64,000 nucleotides of DNA from Thraustochytrium aureum. Its lineage: Eukaryota. Below are positions 21,377 through 32,463 of the stretch, in pieces. The stretch lies in the NCBI GenBank assembly GCA_012862495.1, contig BLSG01000129.1, positions 1 to 64,000 of the forward strand. The letters run 5' to 3'. The translations under genes were made by a program, and so were the position numbers. Numbering within the stretch: the first letter of the stretch is position 1; each line of letters starts with the position of its first letter. The notes under the pieces were generated by a model, which saw nothing but the letters and a program-made list of their open reading frames with translations, was not told the DNA's origin and ran no database searches.

Positions 21377-22094
21377 ATGTGGGTCAAGCCGCAGGCGCTG
21401 TGGCGCTCGGTGTGGCAGCCAAAGTTCAGGGTGCGTTGCTACGCGTGAGCCGCGAGAGCGGACGGGGCGGAGCTGGTTTCGGGGTGGCTCGCTCGGCGCG
21501 CGAGGGCCTGCTGCGTGTGTTGGCGCCTCGATCGGCTTGCGGGTCTTGCTGACTTGGCCGCGGCGGAGGCAGTTGCTGTGCGTCGACCAGGGCGCGAAGC
21601 GCACGGGGCTCGCGCTGAGCGACGACGACTGGACGGTCTGCGCGCCGCTGCAGATCTTGGACTCGTCGGTTCCGATTGAGGAGTTTCGCGTCAAACTGGT
21701 AGAAATCTGCGAGGAGAACCAGGTCGGCGCCCTGGTCATAGGCTGGCCGCTGCACCCCGCGAGCAAGATCCCCGGCGAGGGGTGCGCGCGAGTGGCCCGG
21801 TTCTTTCGGGACCTACAATTGAACAAAGTGCCCAAGACGCTCTGGAACGAGAGCTACTCGACGATCCAGGCCCAAGATCTGCTCTTCGACTCGGTGACGG
21901 GCAAGTACTGCGACGCTTCGGAGGCAACGCGCGGGCGCAAATCGAGATTGCACCGCCGAAAGAGGCGCGCCTTTGAATCGTCAGATTGGGACGCCTTTGC
22001 GGCAATGGTCATTCTCAGGAATTTCATGGAGGCGCACGGCCCGAGGCCCGACAGCGACGCGGCACTGCGCCGTGCCACTGGGTACGAGCCGTAG
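21377..22094 (+). CDS. yqgF: YqgF/RuvX family nuclease (pre-16S rRNA nuclease / resolvase-like); intron 21431-21572
   Basis: Splicing GTGCGT...GCTGAC...CAG gives MWVKPQALWRSVWQPKFR|LLCVDQGAKRTGLALSD; also ALVIGWPL, LWNESYST and DAFAAMVILRNFM. Confidence 0.85.
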
Positions 22095-22216
22095 CCCTCG
22101 TTAGCTAGACTGCCTCGCGGCAGGCGGATCAATCAAGCCATCTGTTTTTTTCTCTATAAACGAAGAAGGGGTTTCGGGCTAGAAAAACAACGTCGTTCAG
22201 GGCCGCACAGCGGGGC

Positions 22217-24717
22217 TCAGGCCGCTCGCTGCGCAAGCGCCACGTCTCCAAGCACATCCTTGAACGCCGGCACCTGGGCCTCGAAGCCCCGCATGTACTC
22301 TAGCACGCCCTTGCACGGCGCAGACCCAGCTAGCTGTGGGGCGCTATTCTGCAGCCGCAGCGCCCGCGCCCAGCCGCGCGAGAAGCGCACTTTGCTCTCC
22401 GTGTCCAGCCCCCCCTCAAACCGAAGCACATCGAGCAGCGGTGCCGCGAGCTCTGTCGCCGGGACAAGCGCCACAAGCTCCGACAGCATCTCCTCGCACC
22501 GGCCAGCGTGCGCCCCGGCGCCGTCCGACGGAAACGAGCCCTGAACGCCCATGCAGCCGAACGCGACAAAGCGGATGAACGAATCCGGAAAAGAGTCAAA
22601 CCCCTTGTCGGGCGCCTGGTGGATACCGAGAACGAGGCGCGAGAGCCGCAGCAGGCGATCTTGCATCGAGCTGCGGCCGCGGCCGTGCATTGCCATGGCT
22701 CGCGCAAAGCCAATATGCAACTCTGCGCTCTGCGAAGGCGCCTCCTCCGTCGACGCGAGCTGGCCAGCCAGTTGATGCACGAGGGGAAAGATGAGCTGAG
22801 CGACCGGGACGCCTTCTTCCTGCTGCAGAGCGCGCAGGTGGCTGCAGACCTGGTCGATCACAGCAAAAGCATGGTGGCCAGCGGCCTCCGCGTCAAGCTG
22901 CTCCTCCTCGCCTTCGCGAGGGTCCGTGCCCGTTCCCTCGCCAGAGGCGATGTGCGGGTCCATCGCTGGCCCCCACACGACTGTGACGGAGAAGCTGATC
23001 AGGTTCGCGAGGACTTCCACCCGCTCGTCTTGGGAGACGCGCCCATGCGCCACCGCGGCTGAGAGACGCGCAAAGGGGACTTGCACCATGCGCGACAGCA
23101 AGAGAGCGCGCCCGCGCGGGCGCTCACAGTCCTCGGAGACTGGCACGGTGCCGCGCGCGACCGCGTCCACGCAGTACGCCAATGCGCGGAGCAGCGGCGC
23201 CGGCAAGAGGCGCACAGGCAACACGACGATGAGGTCCAGGACCTGGAGCTTGGCGGCCAGGTGGAGCTGGCCAAGGAATGGCCCCACAATATGCTCCTTG
23301 GTCGACTTTGACTGCGTGAAAAGCAGCGGCGTGAGCCAGCGCGTGACCTGCGTCCAATCCTCTCGCGTCATCTCCGCCACTGCGACGCCGCGAATCGCGC
23401 AGTAGCGCAGCAGCGCCAGCGCGTTGACGGCGACCTCGGTCGTGTCTCCGAACTGAGCGGCCTGCCAGGCCATGCGCGGAAGCGCGACGACCCAGGCGGC
23501 CCGCAGCTTGCGGGCTTGTGCGTTAGCGGTGGCGCTCCTGGGCGCCAGGCTGCGCGGGCCTTCGTCCCCAGACTCCTCGTCCGTGCTTCCCGAGGGGTCC
23601 TCCATCCCTTGCACTGCTAAAAACCGAACCACACAACGAAGCAGCGAGGCGGCAGCCCTGGCCTGCGCGGGCTCACGCAGCACGCTTGCAACGGTAAACC
23701 ACTCGTCGAGGCAGTCCGCGAACCTCTTGTTCAGCTTTTCGCGAACGCCAGAAGGGATCGCGGCAGTGCAGGCGGCGCGCTCGACGACGCCTAGCAGGCG
23801 CTCCAGCGCGGCGTTGTCACTCTCGCTCGAAGCACTGGGCTCGTGGCGCACGAGTTCGGAAGAGAGCCAGCGCGCGACCGCTTCGCACGCCTCATCAAAG
23901 GCCTTGGCCTTGAGCGTGGTCGCGACAGCCTCGTTCTGGGCTATGTCTAGAATGCTCGCCGCGAGCAGCAGGTTGGCGTTCATAAGCGAGCTGGAGCTCG
24001 CAGGGCTCAGCGACTCGGTGTCCTTTCGCCGCCTGGACGCCGCTCCACTCGCGCCAGCGCCCTGCGCGGCGGCCAACGCGCCCCCGCTGGCCCCTCGCGT
24101 CGTTATCGGGAACGCCTCTACGAAACGGGCCAGCGAGCGGTCGGCCACTGCAGTAGCCGTGGCGTTGGCCTGGGTGAGCACCTCGCGTTGCAAGAGCACG
24201 ACGAGCTCGGCTGCCACGCGCACGTTCTCGCAAGCTTGGTCGCGTGCCAGCTCGTCGCCTCGCCCGCCCATAAAGTCCGCGAGAATCGTGTAGGACTGGG
24301 TCAAGAGGCCCTGCGCGGCCTCGAGAGCGAGGGCAAAGTCGCCCTGCCTTGTGCCCGAGAGCGGCGAGGCGGCGGCGGCCGCAGACCCCGCCTTGATCGC
24401 TGGGGCGGCGGGCGGAGCTTCTGGTTGCTCCAGCTCCTCGTCGGCAGCTGCGCGCCCTTGCTGCGTAGGGGCGCACAAGGAGCGAAAGCGCGGCGCGTGA
24501 ACCTGCGCTTGCCCAATCGCGGCACTGATACTGCTGCTGCCACCGCCGCCGCTGATGCTGCTGCTTGGGTGGCCGTCCAGGCCGTCCCGCACCGGGGCGA
24601 GTGCGTCAGCGTCGCCGAACAGGAGACGCAAGAGGCGGAGGAAGGCCTTGGCGACGCGCGCCCAGGTGTCGTCCGCACGAGCGGCAGCCCCCTTCTTGGG
24701 CCGGTCTTGGCCGGTCG
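22217..24717 (-). CDS. TEX10: Large alpha-helical protein, probable TEX10/Ipi1 (rixosome subunit); N-terminus in gap
   Basis: More than 830 open codons. The segment AWVVALPRMAWQ...GPFLGQLHLAAKLQVLDLIVVLP..LPAPLLRALAYC resembles the TEX10 C-terminal region as I recall it. The diagnostic Ipi1_N domain would lie in the gap. Confidence 0.55.
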
Positions 24718-26373
24718 NNNNNNNNNNNNNNNNNNNNNNNNNNNNNNNNNNNNNNNNNNNNNNNNNNNNNNNNNNNNNNNNNNNNNNNNNNNNNNNNNNN
24801 NNNNNNNNNNNNNNNNNNNNNNNNNNNNNNNNNNNNNNNNNNNNNNNNNNNNNNNNNNNNNNNNNNNNNNNNNNNNNNNNNNNNNNNNNNNNNNNNNNNN
24901 NNNNNNNNNNNNNNNNNNNNNNNNNNNNNNNNNNNNNNNNNNNNNNNNNNNNNNNNNNNNNNNNNNNNNNNNNNNNNNNNNNNNNNNNNNNNNNNNNNNN
25001 NNNNNNNNNNNNNNNNNNNNNNNNNNNNNNNNNNNNNNNNNNNNNNNNNNNNNNNNNNNNNNNNNNNNNNNNNNNNNNNNNNNNNNNNNNNNNNNNNNNN
25101 NNNNNNNNNNNNNNNNNNNNNNNNNNNNNNNNNNNNNNNNNNNNNNNNNNNNNNNNNNNNNNNNNNNNNNNNNNNNNNNNNNNNNNNNNNNNNNNNNNNN
25201 NNNNNNNNNNNNNNNNNNNNNNNNNNNNNNNNNNNNNNNNNNNNNNNNNNNNNNNNNNNNNNNNNNNNNNNNNNNNNNNNNNNNNNNNNNNNNNNNNNNN
25301 NNNNNNNNNNNNNNNNNNNNNNNNNNNNNNNNNNNNNNNNNNNNNNNNNNNNNNNNNNNNNNNNNNNNNNNNNNNNNNNNNNNNNNNNNNNNNNNNNNNN
25401 NNNNNNNNNNNNNNNNNNNNNNNNNNNNNNNNNNNNNNNNNNNNNNNNNNNNNNNNNNNNNNNNNNNNNNNNNNNNNNNNNNNNNNNNNNNNNNNNNNCG
25501 ACTGGTCACCTGTGGTTGCTCGGCGTCTGCTCTGTCGAATCACCGGTGTCGATCGATTTGTCTGGTCGTGCCGGTCACCCTCCTTGGAGACGCCAAGCAC
25601 GACCTCCTCTCTGGCGAGAACGCTTTTCTACTGATCAGCCTCACAGCATACGCTGAGGGGCGCGCCCTTGCCCCTCACACGACGCTGAATAAATACTCTC
25701 CAGGATGTGAAGACGCCTCGCTGTATGACTTGATTGAATATCAATACTCTACTCGAATATCAATAGTTATATCCGGAAACCTAAGGGCTATCAGTATTTG
25801 TATGCACCAGGCGAGTACTATGCATATCCGTAAAACCAAGGAAAGCCAAGGGCGAATCGAACGAGAAAGTTCTCAAAGTGCAGCTCGTTGTTCGCTAGCT
25901 CTGCAAGGGCGCCGTCGTGTGAGGCGCAGCGCGGGTTTTCCTCCGCCCCTCTCTGCTCGTATGCACAGGCCTCCTCCTCCTGTCACGGCGACGGCCGAAA
26001 ACAAGAGGAAGAAGGAAAACTCCATCCGAACGATCCTTGGCCCTCCCTCCTCTCACACCAACGAACCAGCTAACAAAAAGACAACGAACGAACAGACGAA
26101 ACAAATTGAACGTCGCGTCGTGCGCAGAGGCCAACCGCCAGAACAGGAGGCAGGCGAGCGCGGAACACGACGCGCCCCTCACGAGCAGGCAGGCGCAGAG
26201 GGAAAGGGGACGAGAAGGGCAACCCAAATTAATTCATAATAAAATAAATAAATAAAAGAGAGAGAGAGGGAGAGAGCAGAGGAGCACACTTGGCGGTTCG
26301 TCCGGAGGGAAGCGCCCTCCCTCATAAGGAAAGGATTCATTCGCAGGTCTCCCGAGAGGAGGAAGGAGCGAGC

Positions 26374-26400
26374 GAGAGAGAGAGAGAGAGAGAGAGAGAG
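26374..26400. repeat. (GA)n microsatellite upstream of the Rab gene
   Basis: Read directly from the sequence. Confidence 0.9.
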
Positions 26401-27071
26401 CCGCGCTCGCCATCGCGCAGACTCGCAGCCCACGCAGCAGCAGGCACCGCGGCACAGGCACACAGGCAGGCACACCGGNNNNNNNNNNNNNNNNNNNNNN
26501 NNNNNNNNNNNNNNNNNNNNNNNNNNNNNNNNNNNNNNNNNNNNNNNNNNNNNNNNNNNNNNNNNNNNNNNNNNNNNNNNNNNNNNNNNNNNNNNNNNNN
26601 NNNNNNNNNNNNNNNNNNNNNNNNNNNNNNNNNNNNNNNNNNNNNNNNNNNNNNNNNNNNNNNNNNNNNNNNNNNNNNNNNNNNNNNNNNNNNNNNNNNN
26701 NNNNNNNNNNNNNNNNNNNNNNNNNNNNNNNNNNNNNNNNNNNNNNNNNNNNNNNNNNNNNNNNNNNNNNNNNNNNNNNNNNNNNNNNNNNNNNNNNNNN
26801 NNNNNNNNNNNNNNNNNNNNNNNNNNNNNNNNNNNNNNNNNNNNNNNNNNNNNNNNNNNNNNNNNNNNNNNNNNNNNNNNNNNNNNNNNNNNNNNNNNNN
26901 NNNNNNNNNNNNNNNNNNNNNNNNNNNNNNNNNNNNNNNNNNNNNNNNNNNNNNNNNNNNNNNNNNNNNNNNNNNNNNNNNNNNNNNNNNNNNNNNNNNN
27001 NNNNNNNNNNNNNNNNNNNNNNNNNNNNNNNNNNNNNNNNNNNNNNNNNNNNNNNNNNNNNNNNNNNNNNN

Positions 27072-27435
27072 GTGCGACGTGGATGCCTCCGAGCGCGTGG
27101 TCTCGTTCGAGGAGGGCGAGAAATTAGCAAAGGAGTTTGGCATCGACCACTTCTTCGAGGCGAGCGCCAAGCAGGACACCAATGTAAAGAAGGCGTAAGT
27201 ACTCTGCAGGGCGAACAAGGCGGGCAGGGGGGCGGCTTGCTGGCTGGCTGGCTGGCTAGCAGGGCGCTGACGAGCGGGCGCGAGCAGATTTGAGGCTGTG
27301 GCCAAGCACGTCAAGGACCGTGTCGACCAAGACGGATCCAGCGGTGGAAACGGCACCCGCCCGAACAACCAGCAGCCCACGCTCGACCTCTCTTCGAACG
27401 GCTCAAAAGGCGGCGGCTGCGCGTGCGCCAAGTAA
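27072..27435 (+). CDS. Rab GTPase (Rab8/Sec4/RabE-like), C-terminal exons; intron 27195-27287; 5' part in gap
   Basis: CDV..ERVVSFEEGEKLAKEFGIDHFFEASAK (G5 box) NVKKA|FEAVAKHVKDR...GGGCACAK*, with a C-terminal di-cysteine prenylation motif. Confidence 0.85.
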
Positions 27436-27854
27436 AAATGTCAGCCGCGCAACAGACCCTTAGTTCTTCCCCTCTCGTTGTCTCCACCCGGGGCGCGCCA
27501 GTTGGCGCGCAGACCATCAACAATCACTCAATTTGACTCGCTACGCCCTTCCTCCGCGTTGCCGCGCAAGCAAGCAAGCGCCCCTTGCTTGCAGCGCGTC
27601 GAGGCTGGCTTCTGCCCAACGCGGGCAACGCGTCGCCGGCTTGTACTCGGGCAGCTGCGCGGGGGGTGGGGGAGGGCCGCGCGCAAGCTCGCGAGGCGCG
27701 TCACAAGCGCTCAACTGCTGACGACAAGCACTCACAAACCCTTCTTTGCTATCTACAGCTACCAGGCCGACAGGCCCGCCGTGGAGCGGCCCCACCGCTC
27801 GGCCAGCCGGCACCGGCCAGCGCAGCACCGGCCAGCGCAGCACCTTGCCAAGCA

Positions 27855-28269
27855 TCAGCTTCGGTTCAGCCGCTGCGTAGCGTTTTGGAGCTGGATCTCT
27901 TGCGCCTGCTCCTTGGTCTTGCTCTTCTTCTTCTGCGAGCGGTTTTCGATCTTGAGCTGCTCCTTGCCGCGCTCGTTCAGCTCGCGGATGCGCAACGACC
28001 CCTCGTTCTTCACGGCCTTGGCCGCCGCGAGCCGCTCGATATTCTTGTGGAGCATCTTGGTCATGTGCGGGTCGCGCCGGTTGCGCTTCTGCTTCTGGGG
28101 CTCTGCGCCGCACGGCCGTGCGACCGTCAGCCCGCGCCCGCGCCCGCGCCCAGCAGCCAGCCTCGAACTTACTTGCTTGCTTGCTCTTCGTGAGCGCCGC
28201 GGAGAGCGCCTTGCGCACGGCCTTGCGCCGCGGCCCGGCGCCCGAGGGCTTGATCGAGCCCTGGGCCAT
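27855..28269 (-). CDS. Small basic UPF0390/DUF2462 (C19orf53-like) protein; intron 28103-28172
   Basis: MAQG start; spliced product ...KSKQAKPQKQKRNRRDPHMTKMLHKNIERLAAAKA; GTAAGT donor, CTGAC branch point, CAG acceptor. Confidence 0.7.
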
Positions 28270-28992
28270 CGTCGCCGAGGTGTGACCGCCCCTAAAGAAA
28301 ACCTGCGCAGTCGCTCGATGCGCGACGCACTCACTCCGCACCGTCCTGCTCTGCTGGCCCGCCCGCCATGCCCGATCAGCGCGTTGTCACACGGTGTGGT
28401 TGGAGAGCGAACAGGAGAAGAGCGCGCGCGCCAGCGAGCAGTTCGGCTCGCCCGCAACGGATAGGCGAGTACTTTTCACCGCTTCGAGCCTGATTGCCCT
28501 CGCGAACGCGCTCGCGATGGCCGCTGGAGGTCCCGTCCACCTCTTAGGTGCTCTCGCTTTCTTTGGACAGGAGAGGAGCGCATTGACATGACTCGGAGTA
28601 GAATTTGTGACGGTGAGCAGGTCTTGAAAGGGAAGGGCTGAGTAGGGTGCCCGGCCGTCCACCGGATAGTTTGCATTGCTGCTACCCACATGCGTATGCA
28701 TGCACGCACGAAACCCGCTGCTCGCCAGAGGCACCATCCGGCAGACGTCGATTTCCCGCAAACGCGCGACCTACTGGCTCGATCCGCGAGCACGTCTTGC
28801 CGCGCGGGCCGACGAGCTTGGATACCGGCAGCGCCAGACTCGGCCCACACCGCCTCCGGAGGCGGGGCCCCTTTCCCTTCAAAGCGCGAGCTGAGCGGAG
28901 GCCGTCTTGCCCGCGCAAGAGGTCCAGGAAGGCCTCCAGCGCAAGTTGCGCGGGCTGGTCTGGCCGGCGCGGGCCCACCGGCGCGCGGGCTG

Positions 28993-31771
28993 ATGGTGCA
29001 GCCACAATGCCAGCCGTCCAAGCCAGGAGGCACGTCGGGCCTTTACTTTTTATTAGCGGCTGAACGCTTCGGATCGCTCGCAATTTACCTCATCGCCTGT
29101 AGCATGCTGCCGCTCGGCCAAGGCGGCGCAGTCTACCAGGCACTCGTCAAGTTTGGTGGCACTCCAGTTCGGTACGCGTGCAGTGCAGCGTTCGTTCTCG
29201 GCGCACTTGCTGTGTATATTGTCGGCACCTGTCCCTGGCAAAAACGATGGGGCTTCGCCATGCTCATCAAGCTCGCAGGCGCTGTGCTCCTGATAGTCAA
29301 CGTGCTGGCTCTCACAAACTACGTCAGCGTCATCCCGCTGTGCGTAGCTCTGATTGCGCTGTCCGTGTCGCCCTTCTATATCAAACGTCTGAACCTGACC
29401 TCAAGTCTCGATCAGCTCTGCTTCGAACAAACGATGGCCAAGATCTCCGTGCTTGCAGGTCTTGTGGCCATTGGCCTCTGGGTCGCTTGGCTCTTCACGC
29501 GTGCGGGTAGCACCGAAGCCTGCGGAAGCATTCGCACGTGGAACGTCTTCACAAGAGAGCACGCGTTCTATCGCATCGACTGCCCGTTCGAAATCGAGGT
29601 CATTGATGGGCTCGGAAACGTCTCGCTGTACGACTGCACCTTCAGCGCAGGATGTGACGCGGCGCTTGGCCCTGCGGCGGCCACAGCCTTGCTAGAGAGC
29701 ACAGTGAACAACGGGCAAAACGAGGGGTGCGGCCTCCGGGCGCGCAACCTGCTGAGCGCCCTGGCGACCCAAGTCGTGCAAAGCTCGCCGTCGAGCGCAC
29801 CGCCACTCCTCACACAGTGGACCGAAACCTCCGACACTGTCCAGGTCGTCGACGCAGAATCTGGGAAACTCGCGACCTCGTTTCGTGCCCGCTATCACGG
29901 GTGTTTGCGCGCGTTTATGCTCTGGATCGCCCCTTTCGTCGGCGGTCTCGCATTCGTCTGGTTTGGGCTCGTCATGTGCTTTGTCTCCTCCGACCATGTG
30001 GTCCAGTCCATGCGCGTTGGCGCAAGCAGAGAGCAAGCTGATGACGGGATCGCCGCTCGAGCGGTCGCTCTTAGGAAACCCGTTCCAAAGGCGTGGAAGT
30101 ACCTCTCGCGCAGCATCGCGTTCCTCCTATTCGGGGCCTGGGTGGGCTCCTCCGTTGGTGGCGCCGACATGAACCTCTCAAACGTATTAATCGCCTTCTC
30201 GTTGGCCGGGACTATGATGGTGCTCCTCTGCTTTGTAGCCGTGTTTGGATGGGTGGAGCTGCAATCGTTTTTGACGGACTCGCCCATCGCCAAACGCGCC
30301 GCTGGCATCGCGGGAAGCGACTGGACCAAGGCCCTTGTCGTCCTTTGCATCTCGCCGGTTCTATTTGCTCTCGTGAGCGTCAGCGCCTTCAAACAAGCGA
30401 TCCGGTCAAGGATGAGTTGCGTGGCCTCGCTCGCCCTCCCGGCCGAGGACCGCAACCTCCGCGTCACGCGCTTCTGGCACGACATCATTGCGTCGACCAG
30501 CATGTGGGACTGGACTTCGATCCTGAGCAAGACGGTTATTCTCGGCATGCTGTACATGACCTTGAACGTCGCCATCGCCAAGTTTACCTCGGTCCTGCTA
30601 AGCGCCATTCGGACCTGGCTGGCGTCACTCGGGCTCTCGCTGGTGGAGGTGACAGGCATTTTTTACATGTTTGGCATCGTGGTGTTCCTCAATCCTGCCA
30701 TCCCCGGCGTTCCGGTCTACGTTTCCGGAGGCATCATCCTCGTCGACTCGGCGCAGAACGCGCTCGGGTTTTGGGGCGCCAACTTGTACTGCATTTTGAT
30801 CTGCACCTTGCTCAAGTTTTGCGCGATCGCGATTCAGCAAAAAGGGTTCGGCGAGCTCCTCGGCAAGTACGTCTTCGTGCGCCGCTTCATCGGCGTCAAC
30901 TCGGTGACAGTTCGTGCTCTCAGGGTCATCCTCTCCGAGCCAGGCTTCACCACAAACAAGGTGCTCGTCCTGTGTGGCGGGCCTGACTGGCCCACGTCCG
31001 TAACGACAGGGATCCTCAGGCTCAGCCTGTTCCCAGATGCTGCTTGGGTCCACGCCAATCGTCGTTCTCATCGCCCCGTGCGTGGTCAGCGGTTCGCTTC
31101 TTCTTCGGGTCAACGAGAGCGCTGTGTGGAGCAGCCTAAGCGTGCTTGCTATCGGGCTAGCAGTTCTCTTGCAGAGCGCGTCGATGATCGGGGCCGTTAA
31201 CGCAATTGCTAAGGTTGCGCGCGAGCGAGAGGCCGAGCTCGCTGCCATGCCGGACGACCTCGAGGTGCTCGCTTTCACAAAGCTCCAGGAGACGCAGTCT
31301 CGCGCTGTGCGGATGGTCAAGGATTGGCGCCGCGCAGAATTTCCTCAGCTCGTACGAGTTCTGCTTGTATTGGCTACAGTCAGCATTGTGGTTTCCTTCC
31401 AAATGTCCATTTTTCTGGGGTCACAGTGCTTTGAGTCGTTCGGCGTGGCGGACAGCATCGACGAGGTTCTCGATGGGAACGCGCTCAATTTGGTCCTATT
31501 CCCGCTCGGCCATATTTGCCTCGGGCTCCTCTTCGCGTCTTCCTTGATTTGGTACGGTGTCGAAAAGTACTTTGCCTACACGGCGCGTCGGCTCACTCGG
31601 TCGGCCTCTGTGGCCCCTAGCAGCCCGGAGGCGGACAAGGTGAGCCCTATGAGCAGTTCAGCCCGGTTGGGCAGGATTGACGCCCAGGGTTCCAGCGAGA
31701 TTTTCCCGCAGATGGTGAAGGAGCTCAAGCGCGTGACAAAGCACTCCGAGCGCGAGATCGAGCTCGGCTAG
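28993..31771 (+). CDS. Large polytopic membrane protein with a C-terminal SNARE-associated/VTT(DedA)-like region; start uncertain (frame open from 28690)
   Basis: About 15 hydrophobic segments; motifs FLNPAIPGVPVY and LCGGPDWPTSVTTGILRL. Removing one C at 31032-31034 joins the two ORFs (SLFQMLLGS). Confidence 0.7.
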
Positions 31772-32327
31772 GGCTGTCAGCGCTTGTAAGTAAAAAAGAC
31801 CAGGCGAGTTGTTGTCATCGAGGAGACGCAAAGAAAGAAAAAAAAGTAGAAAATTGCAAACCGATCTCAAGCGAGGCAGGCGAAATGGATAGCGAACGAG
31901 ATCAGGTCGGCCGGCAAACGAGCCGCCAAGCCGCAGCCCGAGCCTGCTGATCAGCGACCAAGTGAGAACTTAGCACCATGACGACAATGGCGGGCGGGGA
32001 GCTGTCCAGCGAACACTTCGCTTCTTCCCGGATTGATTTTTCTCCTGCCACGCGAGGGTAGCTAGCGAGACAGACTCGCAACCGCGCAGCAGCAGCAACG
32101 CGGCACGACGAGGAGCCGGGGGAGGCCTGCCGCACTTGCTCGCCTGCGTCTCCACTCGCTGCTAGGAAGGGGCTGCGCTGCGCACCGCCACCTGAGCAGG
32201 CAACGCAGGGTCGTTTTCAGCCGTGCGGGTCGCCAGTCGACGAGTTGAGCTCCCAGACACCCCTTTGCCAGCGTCTCGGGGACCGGCGCTCGGACCCGGC
32301 TGGTGGCGCGGAAGAAAGATCAGCGCT

Positions 32328-32386
32328 CTCTACACGCCCGTGCGCAAGGCCGGCACCCTCTACACGCCGCGCGCAAGGCCGGCACC
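32328..32386. repeat. ~30-bp tandem duplication CTCTACACGCC..GCGCAAGGCCGGCACC upstream of SF3B3
   Basis: Units at 32328-32357 and 32358-32386. Confidence 0.85.
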
Positions 32387-32463
32387 CTCGCGCCGCGCAG
32401 GGGCGGTCGGAGTTTTCCACCTGTTGAAGCGAAAAAGCTCGCCCTCGGCGACTTGCAGCCGCA

